Source: an uncultured virus (IMG/VR IMGVR_UViG_3300033141_000684) (lineage: Duplodnaviria; Heunggongvirae; Uroviricota; Caudoviricetes). Taken from it: 64,000 nucleotides of DNA. Under the pieces are notes generated by a model, which was given only the letters and a program-made list of their open reading frames with translations, did not search any database and was not told the DNA's origin. Numbering within the stretch: position 1 is the stretch's first letter; each line of letters opens with the position of its first letter. This document shows, piece by piece, positions 56,034-64,000 of the stretch. Both the position numbers and the translations under genes were made by a program. The stretch is taken from IMG/VR virus record IMGVR_UViG_3300033141_000684, one strand, 5' to 3'.

Positions 56034-57010
56034 CACCAAGCCCTCCAAAGATCTCGCAGCAACCGCTTCTGCACGTAACGGTTCGCTCTGTTGTGAATGT
56101 GGCCGACGCTCATATACAAGTGAGCCTCAGCTTTCGGAATCTGGGCCGCCGGCAAAACGATCAGACCCTTCGCTTCTGCGCGCTCGGTCTCGATCACCTT
56201 GCGGGCGTCGCGGGCGTCGCGGTACTTGTTAGCCTTGCGGGTGAGCGCGTCACCGATGACATACATGAGCGAGCGCCTGAGTGGTGAGTAACCTTGCTCG
56301 ATGCCTCGCTGCCCGGTCATGCGTCGCTGGCGTTCGCCGTTGATCACCGCCAAACCGAACCGTTTCCAGAGCTTCGACTCGTTCGAGTAATTGTCGAGCG
56401 GGCCTGACTCGCCGATGATCATAGCAAGGCCGAGCGGGCCGAAGCCGTTTATCGGCTCGGCAAACTCTTCCCAGACGGGCAGCTCTTTGACGACCTTCTT
56501 GAGTATGCGCTCGCGTCGCTTTTTCTCAGCCGTGAGCGGCTCACGCGCTTCGAGCATGGGGCCGATGTTCGCCGCAGCGATAACACCGAGCGGGTGCTCT
56601 TCGTTCTTGACGACGGCAGTGTAGAGCGCCTGGCCTTCTTTCGTACCGCCAGCAAGTCGCCGGCAGATGGACTTCGCCTGTAGCGTGATTCGCTGCTCTG
56701 CGCCCATCATGTCAGAGCGTGCGCGATGGTGCTCCCGCAGCTCTGCGCATAAGATTGCCCGGCCTAATCTGGTATGGTCGTCTCCGACGGCGCTATAGGG
56801 GGCCGGGCTTGAACCTGCAGCGGAACTAGAAGTTTGGTCGGTTTCGACAATGTAGAATTGACCGCTGCGTGACTGGACGCCTCCCGGCTGGGCGAGCTTT
56901 GATTGGCCCTTCTTAGGCACTACTCGGTCGGCCGGGCCGGGGGCGTTAATAGGGTGAGCGGCAACGCTGAGTTTGGCCGCCTTTGCGGCAATGGTTTTCT
57001 GACCGCTCAT
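56033..57010 (-). CDS. Nop-domain / IS110 C-terminal-like protein with no RuvC domain (TasA-like)
   Basis: Coiled coil, then INGFGPLGLAMIIGE, YSNESKLWKRFGL, YSPLRRSLMY, RANRYVQKRLLRDLW; no DEDD domain and no catalytic SG. Confidence 0.75.
   Translation of the reverse strand: MSGQKTIAAKAAKLSVAAHPINAPGPADRVVPKKGQSKLAQPGGVQSRSGQFYIVETDQTSSSAAGSSPAPYSAVGDDHTRLGRAILCAELREHHRARSDMMGAEQRITLQAKSICRRLAGGTKEGQALYTAVVKNEEHPLGVIAAANIGPMLEAREPLTAEKKRRERILKKVVKELPVWEEFAEPINGFGPLGLAMIIGESGPLDNYSNESKLWKRFGLAVINGERQRRMTGQRGIEQGYSPLRRSLMYVIGDALTRKANKYRDARDARKVIETERAEAKGLIVLPAAQIPKAEAHLYMSVGHIHNRANRYVQKRLLRDLWRAW
56757..57009 (-). ncRNA. Four-unit stem-loop dual-spacer guide array (TIGR-like)
   Basis: Each unit is outer stem-YCN-N9-YG-inner hairpin-CCA-N9/10-NN-outer stem; units at 56955-57009, 56877-56946, 56817-56868, 56757-56808. 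Confidence 0.78.
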
Positions 57011-57525
57011 AATCCGAACCTCGTCGCGAGGTTGCTCAACTGTTGCTCACCGAACACTTCGGCGACCGTGCGGTTACCGACCCGGTAGAGCAGGTTCGCG
57101 TAGAACGCGCCGAGATTGCTCTCGTTGCGGGCTCGATCTTTGTGGTGATCGGCTGCGCGAGAGAGTAAGTCGCGGTTGGCATCACCGAGGCGTGAGCCGT
57201 TGAAGAGCTTCATGTCGAGCATGCTGCGACGGCCGGCTGCGACGAGCGCCGGGTCTGGTTGCCGGGGCTCGATCTTGACGACCTTAGTCGAAGGCGTCGG
57301 CTCTTTGGTGACGACGTCGGTCGCTGGCTTATCTAGCTGCTTGATCAGCTCCCAGATAGCGAGGTCTAACTTCGGGCGCAAGAGCGTCTTAAAGAGAACA
57401 CTGTCGGCCATCACTCGCCGCTCGATCGCTTCGGCGGCTTCGGTTCTGGTCGCTGACTCTTCGATGATTTTAATCGCCATCGAGCGCAGGCGTGTCAGAG
57501 CGAGCGGGTCTTTCTCAGTTTGCAT
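57007..57525 (-). CDS. Hypothetical protein coupled to the TasA-like gene
   Basis: ATGA overlap at 57007-57010. Confidence 0.7.
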   Translation of the reverse strand: MQTEKDPLALTRLRSMAIKIIEESATRTEAAEAIERRVMADSVLFKTLLRPKLDLAIWELIKQLDKPATDVVTKEPTPSTKVVKIEPRQPDPALVAAGRRSMLDMKLFNGSRLGDANRDLLSRAADHHKDRARNESNLGAFYANLLYRVGNRTVAEVFGEQQLSNLATRFGL

Positions 57526-57784
57526 CGCGAACCTCTCTGCGTTCTTCTGCGACGCCTGCGTAATAGTAGCCGGCTTGCTGGGCGGCGTGGTTGCGCTTGT
57601 TGCGCTCAGCGCGTCGGTTGCGCTTGCGGTTCGCCTTTATCTGCATCTCGATCACCGTGTCGGGGCTCGGCTTGGGCGGCATTATTGTGCGACCGCTTGG
57701 CTCGCCGACTGCGCGTTCGAGCGCGTCAGAGATCGCCTTGAAAAAACCGGCCTGGTGTTGCCGTGCAACTTGTTTCTGTTTCAT
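57515..57784 (-). CDS. Small basic protein
   Basis: GCAGGAA RBS; Arg/Lys-rich. Confidence 0.6.
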   Translation of the reverse strand: MKQKQVARQHQAGFFKAISDALERAVGEPSGRTIMPPKPSPDTVIEMQIKANRKRNRRAERNKRNHAAQQAGYYYAGVAEERREVRDAN

Positions 57785-57876
57785 GTTCCTGCCTTTTCGA
57801 CTGTTTGTTGAAGGTTGAAGGGCCGACCGTGGAGGGGTCAGCCGGCCCTTCGGGGCTCAGCTCAAGGGGAGAGCTT

Positions 57877-58416
57877 TTACTGAGCCCATGCCGGCCTGTC
57901 GCCTGCAGCGGGCGCTACTGGCGGGGCCGTATTGGCTACACCCTGAGCGGGTGCGACTGGGGCGGGCGCGGCCTGTTGTCCGACGGGTGTCGGGGCTGCG
58001 CCGCCCATAGCTGGGGCTAGAGCCGACGCCTTGAACTTCTTGATGATGTTCTTGTCGTCGTACTGGCCGGTCTTGTCGACCTCGATGCCGACCGCACCGA
58101 TGAACGGCTTGTCGTGCAACTGCGTGCTATCGCTGACCTGCATCACGCCGACAGCTCGGCAAAGGCCAGACAGCTCGCGCTGACCGATCTCTTCTGCGGT
58201 CGGGTTCTGGTTTGCGATGTTGATGCGGCCGAAAATCTTGCGGCCGGCATACTGACCCTCAAGCACCTCGGCCTCGTATTCGAGATAGTGTCCGGTGCCG
58301 GCCTTGGTCGGCTTGATGTCGGTCGAGCGAATGCAGAGCAAATAGTCGCCTTTCGGGAAGGTATCGTATGAGCTGCTCGGGTCTACTTGGGAAGCGTCAA
58401 AATTCATTTGAGCCAT
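57877..58416 (-). CDS. Single-stranded DNA-binding protein (DUF669-type)
   Basis: PKGDY, KPTKAGTG.YL, GRKIF, LCRAVG, LHDKP, Pro/Ala tail ending PAWA; next to Sak4. Confidence 0.85.
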   Translation of the reverse strand: MAQMNFDASQVDPSSSYDTFPKGDYLLCIRSTDIKPTKAGTGHYLEYEAEVLEGQYAGRKIFGRINIANQNPTAEEIGQRELSGLCRAVGVMQVSDSTQLHDKPFIGAVGIEVDKTGQYDDKNIIKKFKASALAPAMGGAAPTPVGQQAAPAPVAPAQGVANTAPPVAPAAGDRPAWAQ

Positions 58417-58565
58417 TGTTTTTTCACCTATAGGTTGTTGTCAAAAAATGCGTTGCCGTGTTTGTTAGGCCAGACGACGCTGAGCTGCCTGGCTGCATTG
58501 ATCCTCGACGGCTTGAGGCTGAGCGGGTTGGCATGACCCTGCCGAGGTCGCCCGCTCTTTGCTCA

Positions 58566-59384
58566 TTACCCGGCAGCCGCCACCTGATCACCCTCGTCGG
58601 GCGCTGCAGGTTCAGGCTGGGGTTGTGCCGCTGAGGTCTTGCGCGTCAGCGCGAGCGCCTCTTCGAAGGCCTGCCAGTTCAACGGCAGCTCTTCGGGCAG
58701 AGAGTATCGGTTCTTCGCAACAAAGGCCGGCTTCTCGACGGTATACATGACACGCTCGCCGGTCGTAATGCCTCGGGCGCGTGACTTGTTGAAGCCCTGG
58801 TCTTCTTTCAAGACGTGCATCTTGTGATTAGCGAAGAGGATGACATCGACAAGCTCTTGCACCATGCCGTTAGCCCGCTTGTGCAACTTGATGTCGTAGC
58901 GGTCGAAGGCTTCGTGCTCTGGCGATTCGAACTTGAGAATCTGCGCGTGCGCCGTCAGGATCACCGCCATATTCTTGTGATTGCGAAGCGCGTCGAGCAA
59001 CCAGATAATCTGACGCCAATAGACGTCGGCCTCAACATAGCCCTTGCCGTAGCCGGGGCTCTCGATAGAGTCCCAGCCGTGGGCCTCGCAGGTCTTTTGC
59101 CAGACGAGCGGCTCAAGGTGATCGAGCGAGTCGATGACGACGGTCTTATAGTCGTGGTCACCCTCGCCGAGCGCGTTAAGCGCAGAGATGACGTCGTCGT
59201 AGCTCTGAGCTATGCCGAAAGTGTCGATCTCAAGTGAGCCTTCACCGTCTTCGGTTTGAATGAAGATAGGCTTCGGCGCGTTCGCTGCGAACGTCGTCTT
59301 GCCCATGCCGTGCGTCGAATAAATCAACGTGCGCGGCGGTTTGGTGTCGCTAGTGCGACGAATTGAATCGAGGGCGAATGCCAT
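58566..59384 (-). CDS. Sak4-like AAA ATPase / ssDNA annealing protein
   Basis: GMGKTT, TVVIDSLD, GYGKGY, ILTAH, AKNRY. Confidence 0.88.
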   Translation of the reverse strand: MAFALDSIRRTSDTKPPRTLIYSTHGMGKTTFAANAPKPIFIQTEDGEGSLEIDTFGIAQSYDDVISALNALGEGDHDYKTVVIDSLDHLEPLVWQKTCEAHGWDSIESPGYGKGYVEADVYWRQIIWLLDALRNHKNMAVILTAHAQILKFESPEHEAFDRYDIKLHKRANGMVQELVDVILFANHKMHVLKEDQGFNKSRARGITTGERVMYTVEKPAFVAKNRYSLPEELPLNWQAFEEALALTRKTSAAQPQPEPAAPDEGDQVAAAG

Positions 59385-59420
59385 CTTGTTTTTACTCCCC
59401 AGCGTCTATATGCGCTGTTG

Positions 59421-60499
59421 TTATGAAAAGAGACTGTAACCTATGACGCCGAAGCATGCAACTGTTACGGCACTAGAAAAACAAATAAAAAAGAAATAAG
59501 CCCGCTCTTTTTTATTCATCGGGTACGGGTCTCGATCAAAATCGATCAGACCGAGCGGGTCGTCGTCAGATAATGCCTCGCGACGCTGGCGCTCGAACTG
59601 AGCCTTTACGCGGTCACCGATTCGCATGTCATCGTCAACGACAACACCGAGTAGCTCGTCGTCGGTCATGTTCGCGAGGTCTTCGTCTGTCGGGACTAAT
59701 ACTGGCCGACTCATGATTCGATGCTCTTAATGCTGACGCTCGGCTTCGCGGCGTAGCGTTCGATGCCGGCCTCGGTCACGAGCTTCGTATAAAGGTCGAG
59801 GTTGTTGTTCTTGATCGCGTCGAGCTTCTTAACGTCGATCGAGTAGGTCACCTTGATCGGCATGTCATCCTGGGCGATGCCGGCAGCACTTAGCACTTCC
59901 CAGAGCTGGGCGCGGCCTTCGTCATTGTCGCCGACGAACCTAGCCTTCTGCTCGTCTTTCACCGTCACCGAGTAGCGTGCGCCTTTAGTGGTTTTCGATC
60001 CGCTGGCTTGCGGGTGCCGCTGCAGATGGCTGAGCGAGAGCAGAAGCTCTTCGGCCTTAATGCGTTCAGCTTTCGCGCCGCTCTCGGCGCGCTTCTTGTC
60101 TTCGAGATCGTGCGCCAGGTAGTCGAGGATATTGCCGTCGGGCTCGTTATTCCCGTCGGGCATATTGTTAAGGGCGGGTTGTGTCATCGTGTTGCTCTCC
60201 GTTTAGTGTGGCGGTTCGCCGGTGGTGTCTGGGCCGGGCTGGCCCTTTGACGCTTTCTTGATTCGTTCCTGCAAGGCTTGGTCTGTTATCCGCTCGGCAT
60301 CATAGACCATTGCGTAAAGGTTGCGCAGCACAATCTTCGCCGACCTGATGCCGAACCTGCCAATGTACCGTTTGAAGGTCTGAGCGACGACAATCGCGTA
60401 CACCGTGCGTCCTAGCTCCCGGTCATTGCCGATGGCCCGCTCGAAGTTGTTCAGTACCTCGTTGACGTGCCGAACGAATTGCTGGTTGTCGTCGCTCAT
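59421..60499 (-). CDS. Three hypothetical genes (59421-59714, 59711-60187, 60203-60499)
   Basis: Coupled ORFs with RBSs. Confidence 0.6.
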
Positions 60500-60756
60500 A
60501 AACTAGGCAGCCGCCGGCAGTTCGTCGTCTGGGTCGATCGGCAGCACGTCGATCACGATCTCTTCGATCACAAGCGACTCTAGCTCTTCGACGGTCAGCT
60601 CGACGATGCCGCACTGCTGCGGCGTCTGTTGAACATGCTGTACCGTGTAACCTTTCATCTCGTCGTAGTTTACCTGATCAGCCTATACCGTGTCAGCATG
60701 AGATTGCAAGGTTTTTGTGTGGGTTGTGCGATTTTCGTCACAATCCCACTACGCCC

Positions 60757-60785
60757 TTGACCTCGGCATGCCGTCGCAGTATATT
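60757..60785 (+). promoter_or_regulatory. Rightward sigma70 promoter in the divergence region
   Basis: TTGACC-17-TATATT. Confidence 0.6.
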
Positions 60786-60833
60786 CGGCCGTTCCGGTCA
60801 ATACTACCGGCAAACCATTCGAAAAGGCAAATA

Positions 60834-61079
60834 ATGAGCAAGACAACACAAGCGGCAGAAGTCACGGCCGCGACTCTGACACTGGGCGACTACATCGAGG
60901 GGCGAGACCTGACACAAGACGCGGTCGCGAAAAGGTTAGGCGTGACTCAAGCGGCCGTCAGCCGATGGCTGTCTACACCGAGCCGGCGCATTCGTGTCGA
61001 GCTGTACAAAGACGGCAACATCGACATCGTCGAGAACAAGGTGATCGCAACATCGCGAAAAAGACGCGCACGCAAGTAG
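60834..61079 (+). CDS. Cro-like HTH regulator
   Basis: LTQDAVAKRLGVTQAAVSRWL. Confidence 0.85.
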   Translation: MSKTTQAAEVTAATLTLGDYIEGRDLTQDAVAKRLGVTQAAVSRWLSTPSRRIRVELYKDGNIDIVENKVIATSRKRRARK

Positions 61080-61088
61080 GGCGCTGCC

Positions 61089-63068
61089 ATGACAGAACAG
61101 ACACTCGACCCGAGCGAGTGCGCGCACGACCTCTTCGAAGAAGGGTTGCATGTTTTCCCGATCAAGGCAAAAGGCAAGCGGCCGCTCGTACCCTGGCAGA
61201 CATACCAGACCCGACCGCCCTCTGATGAAGAGTTCGAGGGCTGGGTTAAACGCTGGCCGGGTTGTAACTGGGGGATCGCGACGGGCGTGCAGTTCGTCGT
61301 CGTCGATGCCGATACCGCTGAGGGCGTCGCCTTCATGGAATCGGGCACCGTCACGCGAACACCGCGAAAGGTCACAACAAGCAAAGGGGCGCATTATTAC
61401 TACGCGTTGACCCCAGAATTCACCATTCGAAACGGGACGGGCGACCATCTCGACGTGAGAGGTCAGGGCGGTTATGTCGTCGCTGAGGGCTCGGTTCACG
61501 AGACCGGCTTCGTCTATACCCGAGAGAACCCGTTGCCGGGCGTGCCCGATGGCATGCTTGACCTGCCCTACCTGACCCGCGACGACGTCACGGCGATCAA
61601 TGCGTTCAATACCCGCACCGCCAAGCTAGAACGGCCGCCTGCCTATACAGTCGCCGGCGGGCTGAACTTCGACGCTAGTCTCGTCGACCCCGACGAAGAG
61701 CCTCAAGAGCGCAAGCCGATCTTAGAGCTGCCAGTCACCGAGGGCGGTCGCAACGATCACCTGAAGAGCCTGGTCGGCAAGTGGGCGAATGAGTCGATAC
61801 CTCGCGGCGAGATCATGCAGCGGGCCTTCGACTGGAACGCCAAGAATCACCCCCCGATGTCGACCGATGAGGTCATGAAGACCGTCATGTCGGTGATCAA
61901 CACCATCGAGAACAACGGCCAGATCGTGCCGGTCACCAGCGAGGGGGCGGGGCGAACGACCGCCAAACTCGAAGAGGTGCCGATCTATGACGCCTTCGCG
62001 CTCATGGATGACCCGCGCAAGCTGCCGCCTTACCTGATCAACGGCCTCTTCAGGCAGGGCGACAACGTCGTGCTCGCCGGGCCGCCGAAGTCGATGAAGA
62101 GCTTCTTGCAAGCCGAGCTGATCTACTCGATCGCCTGGGGCGAAGACTTTCTCACCGACTTCGAGGTCGAGAGCGAGGGCAAGCCGGTCGTCTGGATTCA
62201 GGCCGAGATGCCCTGGTACGAGACGCAGCGGCGCTTGCTGGCGCACCCTTTGGCGGTCGAGCGCAAGAACAGCGGCCTACCCTCGAACCTTCACATCACC
62301 GACCGCCTGAAGACGCTGGCGTTCGATGAGCACGGCGTCGAGTATCTGATCGACGAGCTGCTCAAACGGCTTGACGGCGAGATACCGGCGGTTCTGGCGG
62401 TCGACTCGCTCGCCTCGGTCTTCGCAGAAGACAACGAGAACGACAACGCCGACATGCAGTTCTTTCTGCGCAACCGGCTCGGGCGCTTTCGTGAGGTCTT
62501 CGGCGACGATCTGACCATTGTCTTGCTGCACCATAGCAACAAGGGCAAGGTCGCAGACCTGCGAAAAGACCCATTCAATAGCCTGCGCGGGGCGTCTGCT
62601 CTGCGGGGCTGGTACTCGGCCGGTATGGTCATGTTCAAAGAGAACCCGGTCGATCAGCACGCTGAGATTCACTTCGAGATGCGGGGCGAGATGCCCATCG
62701 AGCAGATCAACGTCGAGCTGCAGAATGGTCAACTTCGCCGCTTTGAGAAGCCTGACGTCGACAGCGACGCGATGGTTATGTCAAGTTACGAGCAGGAATT
62801 CTTGAACGCCGTGAAGGTGTTCGAGAAGGATGGCCGGCCATTGACGACGGCCAAAACTGGCGGCGGTCCATTCGCGCCGAGAGAGATCACGCTCTTCAAG
62901 AAGGTCAAAAAGGGCACCGCGTTCAACAAACGGCTGCGGGTTTATGAAGAGGCAATGCACAACTTAATTGACCAAGGTAAGCTCGAAGTAGTCGACATGT
63001 CATCGAAGCGGGGCGGCCTTAGCCGGCAGCTCTTTATCGCTGATAGTAATAAGAACGAAGAGGCTTAG
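61089..63068 (+). CDS. Primase-polymerase fused to PriCT and a RepA-type AAA helicase
   Basis: NWGIATG, VVDAD, GAHYYY, DVRGQGGYVV; EGGRND; GPPKSMKS, VDSL, LHHSNK, LRGAS. Confidence 0.92.
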   Translation: MTEQTLDPSECAHDLFEEGLHVFPIKAKGKRPLVPWQTYQTRPPSDEEFEGWVKRWPGCNWGIATGVQFVVVDADTAEGVAFMESGTVTRTPRKVTTSKGAHYYYALTPEFTIRNGTGDHLDVRGQGGYVVAEGSVHETGFVYTRENPLPGVPDGMLDLPYLTRDDVTAINAFNTRTAKLERPPAYTVAGGLNFDASLVDPDEEPQERKPILELPVTEGGRNDHLKSLVGKWANESIPRGEIMQRAFDWNAKNHPPMSTDEVMKTVMSVINTIENNGQIVPVTSEGAGRTTAKLEEVPIYDAFALMDDPRKLPPYLINGLFRQGDNVVLAGPPKSMKSFLQAELIYSIAWGEDFLTDFEVESEGKPVVWIQAEMPWYETQRRLLAHPLAVERKNSGLPSNLHITDRLKTLAFDEHGVEYLIDELLKRLDGEIPAVLAVDSLASVFAEDNENDNADMQFFLRNRLGRFREVFGDDLTIVLLHHSNKGKVADLRKDPFNSLRGASALRGWYSAGMVMFKENPVDQHAEIHFEMRGEMPIEQINVELQNGQLRRFEKPDVDSDAMVMSSYEQEFLNAVKVFEKDGRPLTTAKTGGGPFAPREITLFKKVKKGTAFNKRLRVYEEAMHNLIDQGKLEVVDMSSKRGGLSRQLFIADSNKNEEA

Positions 63069-63081
63069 ATCAGAATGGCAT

Positions 63082-63280
63082 TGCAAAGTTATGTCAGAGT
63101 TCGGTCGGAGTTGTCGGAAAGATTTGCTAAGTCATTGATTTTAAAGGTGTGCAAAGTTCAAAGTAGTTGTCGGAAAGAATTTTTAAGTGCTTGATTTTAA
63201 AGAACAAAGTTTTCAGAGTTTTTCTATATATAAATATATAAATATATTTGGGTGTCAGTACACCCCAAAATATATATTTA
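63082..63280. repeat. Probable replication origin: direct repeats, IHF-like sites and AT-rich palindrome
   Basis: AGTTGTCGGAAAGA...TTGATTTTAAAG at 63109-63146 and 63165-63202; TATA-rich tract; aatatatttgggtg/caccccaaaatatatatt. Confidence 0.65.
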
Positions 63281-63599
63281 CGTTTTTTTCAGCCGCGCTT
63301 CTCACCGCATGCTCGACGACGGCCTCAGATGCTCCCTGCGCCTCTTTGGCCTGCCTGAAAGCTGAGGCAAGGGCTGAGTGCTTTGTAACCGAGAGGGCGG
63401 CTTGCCTTGAGTCTGGCTATGCGTATCGGCGCGAGAACAACGTCGATGTTTTTATGGCTGATTGGCGTCAGGGCTGCTCAAGTTTGGCGGGTGAGCGATG
63501 CGCCCGAATGGCCCGATGAATGGGTCTTTTCGGGAATGTTTTGCGCGCTATCGTGTACGAAATGGAAACATTGCGCGCATGCGCGAGGAAACGATCGAG

Positions 63600-63728
63600 A
63601 TGAACAAGAACCTTGTCAATGATTTACGGGCTCTGGCCGACCGGCTTGAGCGCGAAAAACGGGCCAGCACGACGCCGGCCGATCGCATTTACTTGATCGA
63701 GCTGCATCGGCGGCTGAGACGCAAGTGA
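63600..63728 (+). CDS. Small hypothetical protein
   Basis: GAGG RBS upstream of ATG at 63600. Confidence 0.45.
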   Translation: MNKNLVNDLRALADRLEREKRASTTPADRIYLIELHRRLRRK

Positions 63729-63810
63729 AGTTCGACGCCTGGGTCGCCATGTACGGCCGGCCGCTGGCCTGGATAATGGTAATAATCTTTACAATTGGAG
63801 CGTTTTTGAT

Positions 63811-64000
63811 ATGAACAAAAAACTTTACTTCACGAACCCCGAGTTCCGATACGACGAGATCAACGTCACCGTGCGGCTCGGCGACAAGTGGGCCGGCATG
63901 GGTCTTTTCGGGGAGGGGCTCTGCCCTGGTGAGTTCGTCGAGCTGGTCGAGACGGGCACCGAGGCGAGCTATGGCACCGCCGTCTGGGCGGGCTGTCTAC
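63811..64000 (+). CDS. Hypothetical protein, runs off the right edge
   Basis: GGAG RBS; MNKKLYFTNPEFRY... Confidence 0.55.
   Translation, partial: MNKKLYFTNPEFRYDEINVTVRLGDKWAGMGLFGEGLCPGEFVELVETGTEASYGTAVWAGCL

Noticed and set aside
56033..57010. Active IS110/IS1111 insertion sequence
   Set aside because: No RuvC DEDD domain, no catalytic serine motif, no IS ends, and the gene is translationally coupled on both sides within a phage operon.
63187..63519. Lipoprotein-like ORF (LLTAC)
   Set aside because: No convincing start codon or RBS; the 5' part runs through the AT-rich origin-like region. Left uncalled.
1..64000. Prophage boundaries, integrase, tRNA genes
   Set aside because: None recognisable; the whole window looks like phage sequence, so lifestyle cannot be determined from it.

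Overview
This window is most of the genome of a tailed dsDNA phage with a siphovirus-type gene set, about 60% GC. The host is probably a Gram-negative proteobacterium, given the PagL-like and SutA-like genes and IHF-type sites. Gene order is: accessory, nucleotide-metabolism and lysis genes (0.6-4.7 kb); terminase, portal and head morphogenesis (4.7-9.8 kb); a ~9 kb antisense island of small genes driven by repeated strong sigma70 promoter cassettes, including ArdC, a truncated beta-clamp and a terminal HTH gene (10-18.7 kb); scaffold, capsid, extra virion proteins and tail (19-47 kb); two more promoter cassettes (47-50.7 kb); a leftward recombination/replication operon (50.8-60.7 kb); then a Cro-like gene, a primase-helicase and a probable origin (60.8-63.3 kb). 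No integrase, DNA polymerase, tRNA or CRISPR array was seen. The highlight is at 56.0-57.0 kb: a nuclease-less Nop/IS110-C-terminal-like protein (TasA-like) whose own 5' coding sequence holds four stem-loop units, each with two ~9-nt variable segments flanked by CCA-like and TG-like boxes. This is a candidate TIGR-Tas-type RNA-guided system with the guide array embedded in the reading frame. All calls come from reading motifs by eye; no database searches were run.
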